From a bacterium (GTDB lineage Bacteria > UBA8248 > JACPRG01 > G963555815), in contig CBDHDG010000006.1 of the NCBI GenBank assembly GCA_965261595.1, forward strand, positions 1,504,001 through 1,568,000: a stretch of DNA of 64,000 bases, in the 5' to 3' direction. Made by a program: the position numbers and the translations under genes. The notes under the pieces were generated by a model. It ran no database searches and was not told the DNA's origin. It worked only from the letters and a program-made list of their open reading frames with translations. Each line of letters begins with the position of its first letter. The first letter of the stretch is position 1. Positions 11,073 through 22,896 of this stretch are shown here, one piece after another.

Positions 11073-12476
11073 TCCCCCGCTCTAGGGTTTTGTTGGACAC
11101 TCGATTGATCCATGATTCATGGAGAAAGGGGTGTCGCGATGAACGAACAAAAGCAAGAGGGGGCTTTGGCGGAGGGCGCCCGCAGGGCGAACGGAGCCAA
11201 GGCCCCAGGGCATCGCAGTGAGCGGGGTCGGTTCTCCTGCCAGCGCAAGCGGGAGGCGGTCCTGCGTCTTTTGCGGGGCGAGAGCCTGGAGACGCTCTGC
11301 CGCGAGTTGGGCACGACAGCGGCTCGGCTTTCCGCCTGGCGCGAGGCGTTCCTTCGCGGGGGCGAGGCGGCGCTCAAAGCCCGCCCGGCGGATGAGCGGG
11401 ACGAGGAGAACGCCCGGCTCAAGGCCAAGGTGGGCGAACTCACGATGGAGGGCGAGGTCCTGCGGGAGAAGATCGACCGCCTGGAGGCCGGCCGCCCTTT
11501 AGCCGGCAGGAGGTGGAGGCGATGAGTCAGGCCCGCTTCACCTCCACGGGCAGAGCCTACGGCCTGAAGCGGGTGTGCGCCCTTTGGGGCTTGGCGCGCT
11601 CCACGGTCTACGCGCAACGGCGGCGAGAGGCGGTCCCCGTTCATGAACGCCCCACGCCCAATAAGCGCGGCCCTGTGGGCCCGTGCACCGATGCGGAACT
11701 CCTCGGCCACATCCGGCAGGTCCTGGAGGACTCTCCCTTCCATGGCGAGGGCTACCGCAAGGTGTGGGCGAGGCTGCGCTTCGCGGGCATCCGAACCAGC
11801 AAGGAGCGGGTGCGTCGCCTGATGCGGGAGGCGGGGCTTCAGGCCCCTCACCGGGTGGGCAAACCCCGAGGTCCCAAGGCCCACAACGGGACCATCCGCA
11901 CCGAGCGGCCCGACCGAATGTGGGGCACGGACATGACGACGACGGTGACCACCGAGGAGGGGATGGCCTCGGTGTTCGTGGCGGTGGATCACTGCTCGGT
12001 GGACTGCGTGGGGATCCATGCGGCCAAGAGCGGCAACCGCTTCGAGGCCCTGGAGCCGATCCGGCAGGGGGTCGCCGAGCGCTTCGCCGGCTTGGAGGCG
12101 GACGTCGCCGAGGGGCTTAAAGTTCGTCACGACCACGGCCCCGCCTATCTGTCCGATGACTTTCAGCGGGAGATCGCCTACCTGGGCATGACCAGTTCGC
12201 CCAGCTTCGTGCGGGCGCCCGAGGGAAATGGCTACTGTGAGTGGTTCATCCGCATCTTGAAGGAGAATCTCCTGTGGGTGCGCTCTTTCGCCACCGTAGA
12301 GGAACTGCGGTGGGCGCTGCTTGAGTTCAAGAACCTGTATAACCATCATTGGATTCTCGAGGGCTACGGCTACCGAACGCCGGCCCAGGCAAGGCAGGAA
12401 AAACTCGCTCAAGTTGCGGAGGCCGCATGAGGTCGAATACCCTCACCCGAGTGTCCAATAACCCAGGGGCGGTCCA
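11073..12476 (+). mobile_element. IS3-family-like IS, copy 1 (orfA 11139-11525, orfB 11522-12430)
   Basis: Three near-identical copies in the window; ends TCCCCCGC..TTGGACACTC and GAGTGTCCAA..GGTCCA; rve motifs WGTD, RHDHG, NGYCE; no target duplication at this copy. Confidence 0.93.
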
Positions 12477-13104
12477 AACAGGCTAAAGCATGTGTTCAAT
12501 CAGGGCGAGTTCTCAAGATTCGCCACGAAAGGCAGAATTTAGGATCGTCTAAGGGATAGATCCCATATTTTATTACAATTGAGATGCAAGCGCAATATGC
12601 GGCCCGTGCGCTGTGGCGTTTTTTTTGGTTGGGGCGGGTTTGTGAGCGATGTTGGGCCATGATCGCGCTTTTTACGACCTGCCGGGTTGGAATAAATTGA
12701 GAAACCATCGGATTCTGAAGGGAGCCAGAGGACGCGGCGGACGAATCGGAAAGCACGCCTTCCCGTTCGTCGGCGTCCGGTCCTGTCGAGCAAGCGCGTG
12801 CCATCGCTGCGATCATGGCCCCGCTCCGCCCCTAGTCTCGTGAGCAGACGAAGAAAGCACGAGAAGTTCCAATGGTTCGGGATCGTGCGCGGCGCGCACC
12901 CTGCCACCGAGACGCTCAACCGTCCGATCGCGCGGTCCCAGTGTAGCTGGATTTACACCGTTTCGATGGACGGTTCAGGGCTTTCGCCACCAGCCTTGAG
13001 GTGGATGGAGCCCGGTCCCAGCCGGTTGTGGATGGCGTCGAAGGCCTCGACGAGCTTGTCGTCCTTTGGATCGGTCCTGGCCTCAGCGAGCGCAGACCTC
13101 GCTC

Positions 13105-16100
13105 TCAAAGGCCCAAGTCCATCTCGACCCGTTTCCCACGGTCCGGCGCACCCGGCTCCCGGTTCCTCACGACCGGCTCGGTCTCTTTCCCGGCCGCCTC
13201 GCTCCCGCAGCGGTCCGTGTCCCGGGTGGCTTCAGCCTCGCGACCCGCGATCCGTCCCGCGTTCGCAGCCGCTTCCATGCCCTTTGCCGGCGCGTCCCGC
13301 GCCGCCTCTCCGATCCCCTCCAGCGCCGAGACCCGCTCGCCCGTCGCGGTTTCGAGTTGCTCGCGCAGCCGCGCCGCATCGTCCGTCACCAACTCGGCCC
13401 GGTCCCGGGCGCGGCTTATCTCCACATAGAAGCTCTTCTGTGTGGTGAGGTGAGGGTGATTGGCCTCCATCGCCGCGATCACGTTGTCCACCGTCCGGCC
13501 CTGAAAGGCATGCACGGTCGAGGCCCAGGCGTGGTCGAGATGGCGCAGCTGGGGATCGCCCGCCTTCATGTCGAGCATGCGCCCATCCTCCAGACGGAAG
13601 GCCACACGACCGTCCTTCACGCTCGCGACCTCGGCGGTGCGGCTGTTGACGAGGCCAAGGCCCTTGTCGTTGCGGGTCCAGCGGATGCGGTCTCCGGCGC
13701 GAAGCTCGATGCCCTCGGCCCGAAAGACCTCGGCGCCGCCTGTCCGCCCGGCGATCCGGCCCGGCTTCCACGGAACGGTCCTGCCGTCCCCGCCTTCGAG
13801 CATCACCGTATGGCTCTTGTGATCCACGCCGGCGACCCGGCGCTCGTCGCCCTTGTCGACCCCAAGGGTCTTGTAGGAGCGGTGGAAGGCGACGATATCG
13901 CCCTCGGCGTAGTTGGCCGCGAGCGACTTCTCGGCGTTCGTGTAGCCGTGGGAGACCAGCCGCTCGCCCGTGAAGGCGGGGCCGTGGATCCTGCCGTCGC
14001 GCGCGAGGCGCTCCCGGATATGGCCGTTGATCTCCCGGCGAAGCTCATGGCTCGGGGCCATGACGCCGGTGTTCTCTCTCGCCTCGGGGGACAGCTTGAG
14101 CCAGCGCGCCGCCACCGCGCCCGCGATGTTGTCGGCCTGGACCTCGGCCACGTTGGGGCCGAGCTTCTCGAAGGCCTTGCCGATCTCGCCGGCGAGGCTC
14201 GCCTCCACGGCCGCCTTCAGCTCGGGGTCGCGCTGGCGCAGGATCTCGTCCATCACCGCCGTCTTCATGCCCGCCCGCTGCAACTGCGCAAAGGGTTTGC
14301 CGGCGTCGACCGCGTCGAGCTGTTTCTCGTCGCCGACCAGGACCACGCGGGGGACGCGGAGCGCGTTCGAGATCCTGAGCAGATCGCGGGCCTGGACGGT
14401 GGAGGCGAGCGAGCCCTCGTCCACCACCAGTATGGTCTTCCGCCAGGCGGCGCGCATCTCCCGCGCGCCCTTGGCCGTAAGACGGCCCTCGGCGATGCCG
14501 GCGTTCCGCGCGAGGAACAATTGCAACGTCTCGCTTTCGATCCCGGCTTCCGTCCCGAGCGTCTTGACCGCCGAGGCCGACGGCGCCAGTCCCATCATGC
14601 GGTAGCCGCTCTTGCCCGCGAGCGCGTTGGCGCGCCGCAGCATGGTGGTCTTGCCGGTCCCCGCGTAACCCTGGACTCCCACCACCCGGTCTTTTGCCGA
14701 CAGGATCAGCTTGACGGCCTGCCTCTGGCCCTCGGTCAGCGGTCCCTTGTGCAGCCGCGCACTCGCCATCCAGCTTCGCATCACCACCGGGCTTCTGTCC
14801 TGTCCGCCCCGCATCAGGGCGATCGTCTCGCGCTCGCCGGCGAGCGCCTTGTCGGTGGTCATGCCGTCGCCGCCCATGAGCGCCGGGGCGCAATGGAGCC
14901 GTCCTTCGCCTTCCAGGGCGCCGACGGCTTTTTCCGCGGCCTCGACGGACACGGCGCCGGGCCGCCACGCCAGCGCGGCCGCCAGCAGATCGGCGCGAGA
15001 GAACACCGCCTCGCGTTCGGCGAGATGCGCCATCGCCCATTCCGCGGCCTCGACCGCCGGCTCCTTCGTTGCCGGTTCCCGCCGCGCCGGGTCGGTTTCC
15101 GGGATGGAGGCGGGAGACCCGACGGCATGCGCCGAAGCGGGATCGACATCACGCGCGGGAGCGTTCTCCCGGCCGGAGTCCCTGCCGGCTTCCCTCGCCA
15201 TGGCCCCGGCGGCAAGCGCCCGCGCGTCGAACCCCAGCCCGGCGGCCTGCTTCTCCCAGCTTGCCTTGAGCGTCGCCTTGTCGACCTCGCGCTTGTGGGC
15301 CCGGGTCATCAGCGCCGCGCGCTCGGCGAGGCGCTGGTTCTCGGCGGTGCCGCTCATGCCCCGCTCGGCCACCGCCGCCTCGATCTCCGCCCGCCGGGTC
15401 GAGAACGCCTCGATGACCTTTCTCGGGACCCCGGCGATCTCGAAGCGCCCGTCGGCATGGCTCTTCTCGATGCCGTAACCGAGCTTGCCCAACTCCCGCG
15501 CGAGCTCGCTCCGGTAGATCATGCCAATCAGCTTCTGGCGTCGGTAGAGCGCCTCGTTGGCCATGGTCCGCCACTTGCCGTCCCCGCCCTGGACCATGTT
15601 GGCGAGGACCGCGTGGGTGTGGAGCTGGGGATCGAGATTGCGCGAGGCGTCGTGCCGGAAGGTCGCGGCCACCGTCTTCTGGTCCCCGGCCCGGACCATC
15701 CGTCCGGTCTCCGGATCCTTCAACCGGGTCTCGGCGGCGTTGCCCTCGATCCAGGCCAGCGAGCGCTTGACCGCCCGGTCATGGGCCTCGACCACGCGCC
15801 CTTCGCCGCCGATCAGCGCCGCCAGCGAGACGGATTTGGGGGCCGAGAAGGTGAGATCGCGCCCGGGCCGGTGCTGCAGGGCCCCATCGGGTCCCCCGCG
15901 TCCGAGTTGCCGTCCGGTCCCGTCGAGTACCTTGCCTTCCAGCACCGCCTTGAAGAGGTCCGGATCGACCGGGCCGGAGAGGCCGAGATCCTCCGCACCC
16001 CTGCCGGCCCAGGCGCTCGCTTCCCTGTGGGCCGGGTCGTCCCTGGCGTAGTAGCCGTCCCTCTCGTAATAGGAGATGCCCTGGGCCGAGGACGCGACGG

Positions 16101-16119
16101 CGCCGATCGAGACGACCAT
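13105..16119 (-). CDS. MOBF conjugative relaxase-helicase (TrwC/TraI-like)
   Basis: N-terminal SYYERDGYY, DLTFSAPKSVS, HDASRNLDPQLHTH; helicase QGYAGTGKT, VDEGS, HAFQG.T, YVEISR. Confidence 0.95.
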   Translation of the reverse strand: MVVSIGAVASSAQGISYYERDGYYARDDPAHREASAWAGRGAEDLGLSGPVDPDLFKAVLEGKVLDGTGRQLGRGGPDGALQHRPGRDLTFSAPKSVSLAALIGGEGRVVEAHDRAVKRSLAWIEGNAAETRLKDPETGRMVRAGDQKTVAATFRHDASRNLDPQLHTHAVLANMVQGGDGKWRTMANEALYRRQKLIGMIYRSELARELGKLGYGIEKSHADGRFEIAGVPRKVIEAFSTRRAEIEAAVAERGMSGTAENQRLAERAALMTRAHKREVDKATLKASWEKQAAGLGFDARALAAGAMAREAGRDSGRENAPARDVDPASAHAVGSPASIPETDPARREPATKEPAVEAAEWAMAHLAEREAVFSRADLLAAALAWRPGAVSVEAAEKAVGALEGEGRLHCAPALMGGDGMTTDKALAGERETIALMRGGQDRSPVVMRSWMASARLHKGPLTEGQRQAVKLILSAKDRVVGVQGYAGTGKTTMLRRANALAGKSGYRMMGLAPSASAVKTLGTEAGIESETLQLFLARNAGIAEGRLTAKGAREMRAAWRKTILVVDEGSLASTVQARDLLRISNALRVPRVVLVGDEKQLDAVDAGKPFAQLQRAGMKTAVMDEILRQRDPELKAAVEASLAGEIGKAFEKLGPNVAEVQADNIAGAVAARWLKLSPEARENTGVMAPSHELRREINGHIRERLARDGRIHGPAFTGERLVSHGYTNAEKSLAANYAEGDIVAFHRSYKTLGVDKGDERRVAGVDHKSHTVMLEGGDGRTVPWKPGRIAGRTGGAEVFRAEGIELRAGDRIRWTRNDKGLGLVNSRTAEVASVKDGRVAFRLEDGRMLDMKAGDPQLRHLDHAWASTVHAFQGRTVDNVIAAMEANHPHLTTQKSFYVEISRARDRAELVTDDAARLREQLETATGERVSALEGIGEAARDAPAKGMEAAANAGRIAGREAEATRDTDRCGSEAAGKETEPVVRNREPGAPDRGKRVEMDLGL

Positions 16120-18199
16120 CACAGCCAGTCGGGCGGACAGCGCCCTTCCGTGCCGCCGGCGCCGCTGTCCTCGGGTTCATCCGGATCGGCTGCGGGGTCT
16201 TCCCGTTGCCCGGAAAGGACGGAATCCCGGCCGCCGGAACCGGCAGCCGGGACCTCGGGCATTTCCGCGCCTTCCGCTTCGACCGCGCGGCATTCGGCCG
16301 GGGCCGGCTCGAGACCGAGCTCGGGTTGATCGCCGCGCCCGTATCGTTATGCTCGCTTTCGTTCCCGGCATTGCCCGGCGCCGGGACCTCGGTGTCGCGC
16401 CCGCTTCCGGAATCGGCCGCGGTCACATCGGAGACCCAACCGCCTTGCTCCGAAGGCCCTTCCTCCCTGGGCACGAAGCGCTCGGCCGCCTTGGGCCTCT
16501 TGACGTAGTCGAGCTTGATCCGGGCCACGGGCCAGGGTCCCGGGAACTTCAGATACCCCTGCAGGTTCTCGAGCCGCATGATCTCCGACGGCAGGGCCAG
16601 GGAACGCATCTCACGCCGCTGGGTCAGCGACACCCCGTCCCGCAGCACGCTCGCCCCGTAGCTCATGCCGTGGGCGTATTCCTCGACCTCGCCCCGCCCC
16701 AGGCTCTCGGCCGACCATCGGGCCGTCTCCTGGTCGGGTGCGGCCAGGACCACACGGGTCCCGCACAGCCCGGATATCGTCTCCGCCCCGTTCTTTCCGT
16801 AGAGGTCGCGCAGGGCCGAGATCACCTGGATCCCGAGCACGAAGCACCCGCCGAACTGGCGGGACTCGGCCAGCCCCGGCTGGAGGCTCGGCACCTGGTG
16901 GAGGGTGGGCAGCTCGTCCAGGACCACCCAGACCCTACGCGCATCGTCCTGATGGAGCGAGAGGAGCGCGTTGACCGCGATCTCGAGCCAGGTGGAGATG
17001 AGCCCTCTCAGGCTCGCGTGCTGGTCCCCCCGGGAGGTCAGGAACAGGAACCCGGTCCCGTCCTCTTGGCCCACCCAGTCCCGGATCGAGAAGGGCTCTC
17101 CCGTATCGGGCAGGAACTCGAGCGCTCCCAGGTGTGCGGTCAGCATGGCCCGGACGGAGAGGGCGGTCTTGGGGTTTTCGGGGTCCACGATGGACTGGGC
17201 CACCGTGCCCTCCATGGCCCGGGCCAGGGCCGTCAGGTCGGTCTTGAGCAGGTGGTCGACCAGCACCCGGTTCTCGGTCACCCCCTGCTTCCAGAGCACG
17301 CCCGCGCCGTTGGAGAACAGCTGCCTGGCGGCCGTGACCCAGAACGGGTCCACCGTGTCCTTCTGCTGGGGGATGAGGGCGGCGGCCATCATGTCGAAGT
17401 CCCGGGGGGTCTGGGCCTCGAAGAAGGGGGACCAGCGGGGCGCCCGGGCATCGAGGGGGTTCATGAGCACGTCCCGGGCGGGATCGAAGAAGGAGCGGGT
17501 ATAGCTTCCCATCTTGTCGTAGAGGATGCAGCGCTCGCCCCGGGCGCGGAGCCGGGCAACGAGGTCGGAGATCAGGACGGTCTTGCCCGAGCCGGTGGTG
17601 CCGGAGACGATGGTGTGCTGGGTCTCGGCGCGCCTGGGCCAGGGGATCCCGGCGATGCGGCAGGAGGCTCGGCGCGCGGCGGGGAACAGGGCCTCGGCCA
17701 GGCGCGCGGACACGGGCTGCACGCGCCTTCTCAGCTCCCGGGCCGTCGTCATTTCCGCGCCGCGGACCCGTTGGGCACGGTCCAGGCGCCTTCCCAGGAC
17801 CGAGAACAGGACCGTACAGAGGACCGCGCCCCCCACTCCGATCCAGAGGCCGAGCCACGCCCTGGCGTAGACGGTATGGAGCATGCGTTTCCGGATCCTT
17901 TCGATCCTGGGGTCCTGGGCGATATCCACGATTCTCAGGGCCGTTTTTTGGCCCTCTCGCCACTCGTACGCCTGGAGGGAATGACGTGGATACCCGAGCC
18001 CGAGCTTGACCTGGGCGAGGGTGCCCGTTCCGACGAGGCGCCATTCATGGGCGGTCGTGGTGCGGAACAAGGCAACGGCCGGGACCAGGACGACGGTCAG
18101 GGCGATGCCCAAAAGCCCCCAGCGGACCAGCTGGCCCCACATATGGACGTCGTGGGCCAGGGTCTGGCCGCCCCTGAGCGTTGCGTTGCCGAACATCAT
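16119..18199 (-). CDS. traD: Type IV coupling protein TraD/TrwB, probable frameshift at about 16330 in the C-terminal tail
   Basis: Two N-terminal TM segments, GTTGSGKT, LDELPTL, ESRQFGGCFVLGIQ; an alternate-frame acidic tail ends in TGA overlapping the relaxase ATG. Confidence 0.88.
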
Positions 18200-18365
18200 C
18201 GGGTCCTCCCGTTCAAGGTTGTGTGGATAGCGGCGGTCTTGGCGCCGTTCCGTTGCAATGCGCCGGGCGGGAGGCCGAGGAAGGCGGGGTCAAGGGCGCG
18301 GGCCGCCGGGACCGGAGAGGCTGGCGCCCGAGACGCCTTGAACCGCAACCCCGGAGGAACGACCC

Positions 18366-18734
18366 GTGTCCAATCCATCCGACCCATCCAACGGCTGGCG
18401 CGCCCGCGCCTTCGTCCTCGGCGGGCTCGCCCTCGCCCTCGCCGTCACCGTCTTTTCCGTGGCCACCGGGACCAATGTCCGCTTCCTGGGGGGCATCTGG
18501 TTCTGGGCAATGATCTGGACCGTCCTTGCCGCCCTCGCGTGCGCCCTGTGGCGGGGGCTCCGCCACGGGGAGTGGTCCGCCTTCGGCCGCTGCGAGCTCC
18601 CGGAAGAGGGCGGCGATCGGTTCGACTGGTCGACCAAAACCGGCCGCGACGCCTGGCTCCGCGATTTCGAGGACCGGGATCTGAACGACGACGAGCACCT
18701 TCGCGGTTATGGCCCGAGCACCCGGTCCCCGTAG
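18366..18734 (+). CDS. Hypothetical two-TM membrane protein
   Basis: GGAGG RBS before GTG; two hydrophobic helices. Confidence 0.55.
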   Translation: MSNPSDPSNGWRARAFVLGGLALALAVTVFSVATGTNVRFLGGIWFWAMIWTVLAALACALWRGLRHGEWSAFGRCELPEEGGDRFDWSTKTGRDAWLRDFEDRDLNDDEHLRGYGPSTRSP

Positions 18735-18959
18735 AAGGGACCGGCGCGGGCGCTCGTCCAGGGGCATGTCGAGTGGGCGCCGGGCGTTGTCATGGGAAGG
18801 AAGATAAGGGGAAGGTTCATGCTTGCCCACAGGTATCGATAGTGCATGACCTACACTTGGTTGACATTCCCGAGCACATCCGCGATGGGATGCGCGGGGG
18901 TGCGGCAAAAAACCGGAGACACGCCAAGTGGAAGGGATAAGGATGAGTTCAGAGGGAAA

Positions 18960-19110
18960 GACGGACGGAGGAGAGGCGATCAGGCGCGACCCGGTCCGGC
19001 TCAGGCTGCTCTCCGCCAACCTGGACTACGCCCCCTATACGTGCCTTGTCCAGGACGTACACATCCTCGGCAAGGTGTTGTGGGTGGTCAGAAAGGTGTG
19101 GCCAATTAAC
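18960..19110 (+). pseudogene. C-terminal remnant of an S24/LexA-like phage repressor
   Basis: RLLSAN.DY.PY...DVHILGKVLWVVRKV resembles the S24 domain end. Confidence 0.55.
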
Positions 19111-19609
19111 GGCCTTAAGGCCGTGAAGACGTATTCGCCATTACATAGGGATTGACGGGGAACCCTTGCGTCTGCGTCGGGTGTAAAGAAGCAGGGCTGA
19201 TCCGGTCGTTTCGGAATCGGGATGGACTGAAACCTTCACGAAAGGGATCTATAATATGAATGGTTCAGACGATACAAAAGAACATTCGGGTCATGCCCGG
19301 GCAATAGAAACGGAGCGAGAAAACGGCGGAGGAGCGGGTATTTCGCCAACCAACTCGTGGTCGAGCCCGCGATGGAGGCCTTAGAACGCAGAGAATGTCC
19401 CGCCCGCATGCGCGCTTTGGGGTGGAGGCGCGCTCGCGCGTGGAGGTGGGGCCCTTGGCCTCCGCTCCCGAGAGGCTCGAACCCGGCGTATCGGCAGCGC
19501 TTCGCTGCGCCGTCCAGACGCCCGAGTTCTGGCCGCTAGCGCACCCGAGCCGCTTCGTACGACCGAGTCCGGCGCTCGAGAAGTTCGTGGCGACGCACGA
19601 CATCGGGTT

Positions 19610-19895
19610 GGGGGACGTCCCGGTAGAGATCAAGAGAAGCTGTCATCGCGATCTTTGGAGCGCGATCAAGAAACAGTTGATCGCCAAGTACACCCGGGAC
19701 CCTGGTACGGACGGTTATGGAATCTATCTGGTATTCTGGTTCAGAGAGACGGAACGTTGCCGGCCAACGCCGGGGGAGGGAGTGCCGCCGAAGTGCGCCA
19801 CCGACATCGAAAAGCGTCTGCGCGACGCGCTCTCCGCCGCCGAGAGACTCAAGATTTCGATTTGCGTAATTGATGTCTCTGAGCCTTCAAGATGA
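19610..19895 (+). pseudogene. C-terminal fragment of a large protein with a nuclease-like (E-x-K) domain
   Basis: VPVEIKRS.HRDLWSAIKKQLIAKYTRDP...GYGIYLVFWF..VIDVS; no credible start. Confidence 0.5.
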
Positions 19896-20925
19896 GTCAT
19901 CATCGGGCTGGATCCCCGGGAGGCGGCGCGGGCGGAAAAGCGCCTGTTTCTCCTATCCCGACTTGGGCGGCGAACCGGAGGAGAGCCGCCACGTCGCCCT
20001 CTCTCCCTATTTATTCGACGCGGGCGGCCTCGCCGATCCGCATCTGACGGTGCGGGAAACCTCCAGACCGATGAATGGTTTACCGAAACTGATTATCGGG
20101 TCCAAACCCATTGATGGCGGCCACTACATATTTACGGCCCAGGAACGGGACGCTTTTCTCACCCTGGAGCCGGACGCCGCCCCTTTCCTGCGCCCCTATA
20201 TCGGTGCGCGCGAATATCTGCAAGGCGGCGGACGATGGATTCTCGCCCTGCACGACGCATCACCTGCGACGCTGGCGCGGTTGCCGTGCGTGCGGGAGCG
20301 CATCGCCGCCGTCCGCGTCTATCGGCAAGCCAGCAAAAGCGCGCCAACGCAAAAACTGGCGGAAACGCCGACGCTCTATCACGTGAACGTCATCCCAACC
20401 GCGCCGTTTTTGGTCGTCCCGGAGGTAAGCTCCGAGCGGCGAGAGTATGCGCCTATCGGCTGACTGGAGCCGCCCGTTATCCCGAGCAATCTTGTCCGTG
20501 TCCTCGAAAACACCAGCCTCGTCGATTTTACGCTGCTCACCTCAGCCATGCACATGGCGTGGCTGCGCTACATCGGCGGGCGGCTCAAGAGCGACTACCG
20601 CTATTCTATCGGCCTCGTCTACAACACTTATCCTCTGCCGCCGGGGGAGGGCGACCTCTCGAAACTGGAACCACTCGCCCAGGCCGTCCTGGACGCCCGC
20701 GCCGCGCATCCCGAAGCAACGCCGGCCGATCTCTACGACCCCGATCTCATGCCGCCAGATCTCCCCCGCGCCCACCAAGCCCTCGACCGCGCCGTGGATC
20801 GCCTCTATCGCCGGGGTGGCTTCGCTTCGGGAATTATGTAGGAAAGTGCCGAAGTCCCCTTAATCGTAGTTGACATCCTCGAATTTATGGATTACTTTTC
20901 AAACAGGTAATCTTACCAATGAGGG

Positions 20926-21135
20926 GTGGAAATGGAAGCCATTATAGACCTAGCCGGACTTGGCATAACCTTCGGAATGTGGATGACCGGGCTTTGGGGC
21001 CTCGTCCGCATGGACCGAAAGGCCGAGAAGCGTTACAAATATTGGGACGAGCAGAGCGAGAAATCCGACATCATCATGGAGGGACTCAGGGAAGCAATTG
21101 AGGAACTGAAATCCGTCAGAGAAAAAACCGCTTGA
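20926..21135 (+). CDS. Small membrane/coiled-coil passenger protein
   Basis: One TM helix plus charged tail; TTGACA-17-TACTTT promoter at 20870-20898. Confidence 0.5.
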   Translation: MEMEAIIDLAGLGITFGMWMTGLWGLVRMDRKAEKRYKYWDEQSEKSDIIMEGLREAIEELKSVREKTA

Positions 21136-21160
21136 CAATTTCGGCACTCTGTTGTATATT
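21132..21160 (+). promoter_or_regulatory. Sigma70-like promoter of the IS1595 transposase operon
   Basis: TTGACA, 17-nt spacer, TATATT; AGGAGG RBS before ATG 21185. Confidence 0.75.
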
Positions 21161-21184
21161 CTCCGCATGATAAGGAGGATATAC

Positions 21185-22162
21185 ATGAGGAAGAAAGGCC
21201 CAGGAAAATCCTACCGCAAGGGCATCCCGCTTACCGAGATTTTGAAACGATTCCCGGATGACAAAATGACGGAAGTCTGGTTCACCAAGAAACGTTGGCC
21301 GAATGGCATTGCTTGCCCGCGTTGCGGCTCATTGAATGTCAAGACCGGGGCGGCACACAAGACCATGCCGTATCGTTGCCGGGAAAAGGAATGCGCCAAG
21401 CGGTTCAGCCCGAAGACCGGAACGGTCATGGAAGGCTCGAAGATCGGGATGCAGAAGTGGATGATTGCTACGTATCTCCTTTCTACCAGCCTCAAGAGCG
21501 TGTCCAGCATGAAGCTGAGCCGCGACCTCGGAATCAATCAGAGAAGCGCGTGGTTCATGGCCCATCGGCTCCGCGCGGCCATATCCGTGAAGGACCGCCC
21601 GTATTCCGGCCCGGTGGAAGTGGATGAATCTTACTTCGGCGGGAAATTCCGCAATGCCACGAAAGCCAAGAAGAAGACACTCAAGGGCAGGGGGCCGGTC
21701 GGCAAGACGGCGGTCGTGGGCGCAAAGGACCGGGCAACGAATCGCGTCTCGGCCAAGGTTGTCCCCAATACGAGCAAAGAGACCCTCCACGGATTCGTTG
21801 ACGAACACGCTGACCCGTTGGCCTCCGTGTACACGGACGAGGCGACCGTCTACGAAAGCCTCCCCTTCAATCATTCCAGCGTGAAGCACTCTATCTCGGA
21901 ATACGTGAAGGGCGACGTGCACACCAACGGGATCGAATCTCTTTGGGCGACGATGAAACGCGCTCACAAGGGCACGTTTCACAAAATCTCGCCAAAGCAT
22001 CTGGACCGTTACGTCCAGGAATTCGCCGGACGGCACAACCTCCGGGAACGTGACACCATCGACATGATGACCGGAATTCTGTCCGGGATGGACGGAAAGC
22101 GGCTCAAGTACCGCGAACTCATTGCCGACAATGGACTGAGTTCGATGGCCCGGAGTGCGTGA
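21185..22162 (+). CDS. IS1595-family DDE transposase
   Basis: Zn finger CPRCGS..C...C, EVDESYFGG, YTDE, HTNGIESLW, YVQEF. Confidence 0.95.
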   Translation: MRKKGPGKSYRKGIPLTEILKRFPDDKMTEVWFTKKRWPNGIACPRCGSLNVKTGAAHKTMPYRCREKECAKRFSPKTGTVMEGSKIGMQKWMIATYLLSTSLKSVSSMKLSRDLGINQRSAWFMAHRLRAAISVKDRPYSGPVEVDESYFGGKFRNATKAKKKTLKGRGPVGKTAVVGAKDRATNRVSAKVVPNTSKETLHGFVDEHADPLASVYTDEATVYESLPFNHSSVKHSISEYVKGDVHTNGIESLWATMKRAHKGTFHKISPKHLDRYVQEFAGRHNLRERDTIDMMTGILSGMDGKRLKYRELIADNGLSSMARSA

Positions 22163-22896
22163 AGATGCGTTCGACTGCTGAGCATGAAGCAACGGCGAGA
22201 GAGAAGCGTCGGATGGTGCGGCGAGGAAAACCAACAAACGATCTGATCTTCAGTGCATGCGTCGGGGGAAATGAACACGTATTCCCTCAAATCCTGTCGA
22301 TATATGTCCCCGGGGGAAGCGTTATCGCAGATGTAACGTATGGCGAAGGTGTGTTCTGGCGCAATGTTCCGGATGACCGATATATCCTGCTCAATACGGA
22401 CATTCAAACAGGAACAGACTGTCGGGATTTACCGCATAGCGACGGCGAGATTGATTGCGTGGTTCTAGATCCGCCCTACATGCATACGCCCGGCGGAAGT
22501 GCTCATACGGCCCATTCTGCCTTCGAGCGACATTACCGCAACAACGGGACCGGTAACAAGACGACAAAGAAGTACCACGAAGCGGTTCTGTCCCTGTACG
22601 AAGATGCAGGCATGGAAGCGCGTCGGGTGCTTCGAGACCGTGGAGTCCTGATCGTGAAGTGCCAGGACGAGGTGTGCTCAAATAGACAACGCTTCACCCA
22701 CGTTGAAATCATGCAGGCATACGAACGGATTGGATTCATTGCCGAGGATCTATTTGTTGTTGTGCGTAAAAACCGACCGGGGGTGAGCCGAGCCATTCAG
22801 CAGGTGCATGCCAGAAAAAATCACTCGTACTTTCTTGTATTCTGGAAGCGCGGCGAGGGGCGCGGGGTGTGGGAACGGCTGAATGAATGCCGTTGA
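22159..22896 (+). CDS. Amino (m6A/m4C) DNA methyltransferase
   Basis: ADVTYGEGVFW SAM-binding motif, LDPPY, RVL...GVLIVKCQD; GTGA overlap with the transposase. Confidence 0.85.
   Translation: MKMRSTAEHEATAREKRRMVRRGKPTNDLIFSACVGGNEHVFPQILSIYVPGGSVIADVTYGEGVFWRNVPDDRYILLNTDIQTGTDCRDLPHSDGEIDCVVLDPPYMHTPGGSAHTAHSAFERHYRNNGTGNKTTKKYHEAVLSLYEDAGMEARRVLRDRGVLIVKCQDEVCSNRQRFTHVEIMQAYERIGFIAEDLFVVVRKNRPGVSRAIQQVHARKNHSYFLVFWKRGEGRGVWERLNECR

Noticed and set aside
12540..12640. AT-rich stretch with GCATATTGCGC as a possible oriT
   Set aside because: Similarity to known nic sites is too weak
12954..13095. Minus-strand peptide resembling a UmuC/DinB C-terminal tail (LVEAFDAIHNRLGPGSI)
   Set aside because: Too short, with no start or upstream domain to support a call
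13066..18940. Very long plus-strand ORFs (1087 aa and 954 aa)
   Set aside because: Antisense shadows of the relaxase and traD
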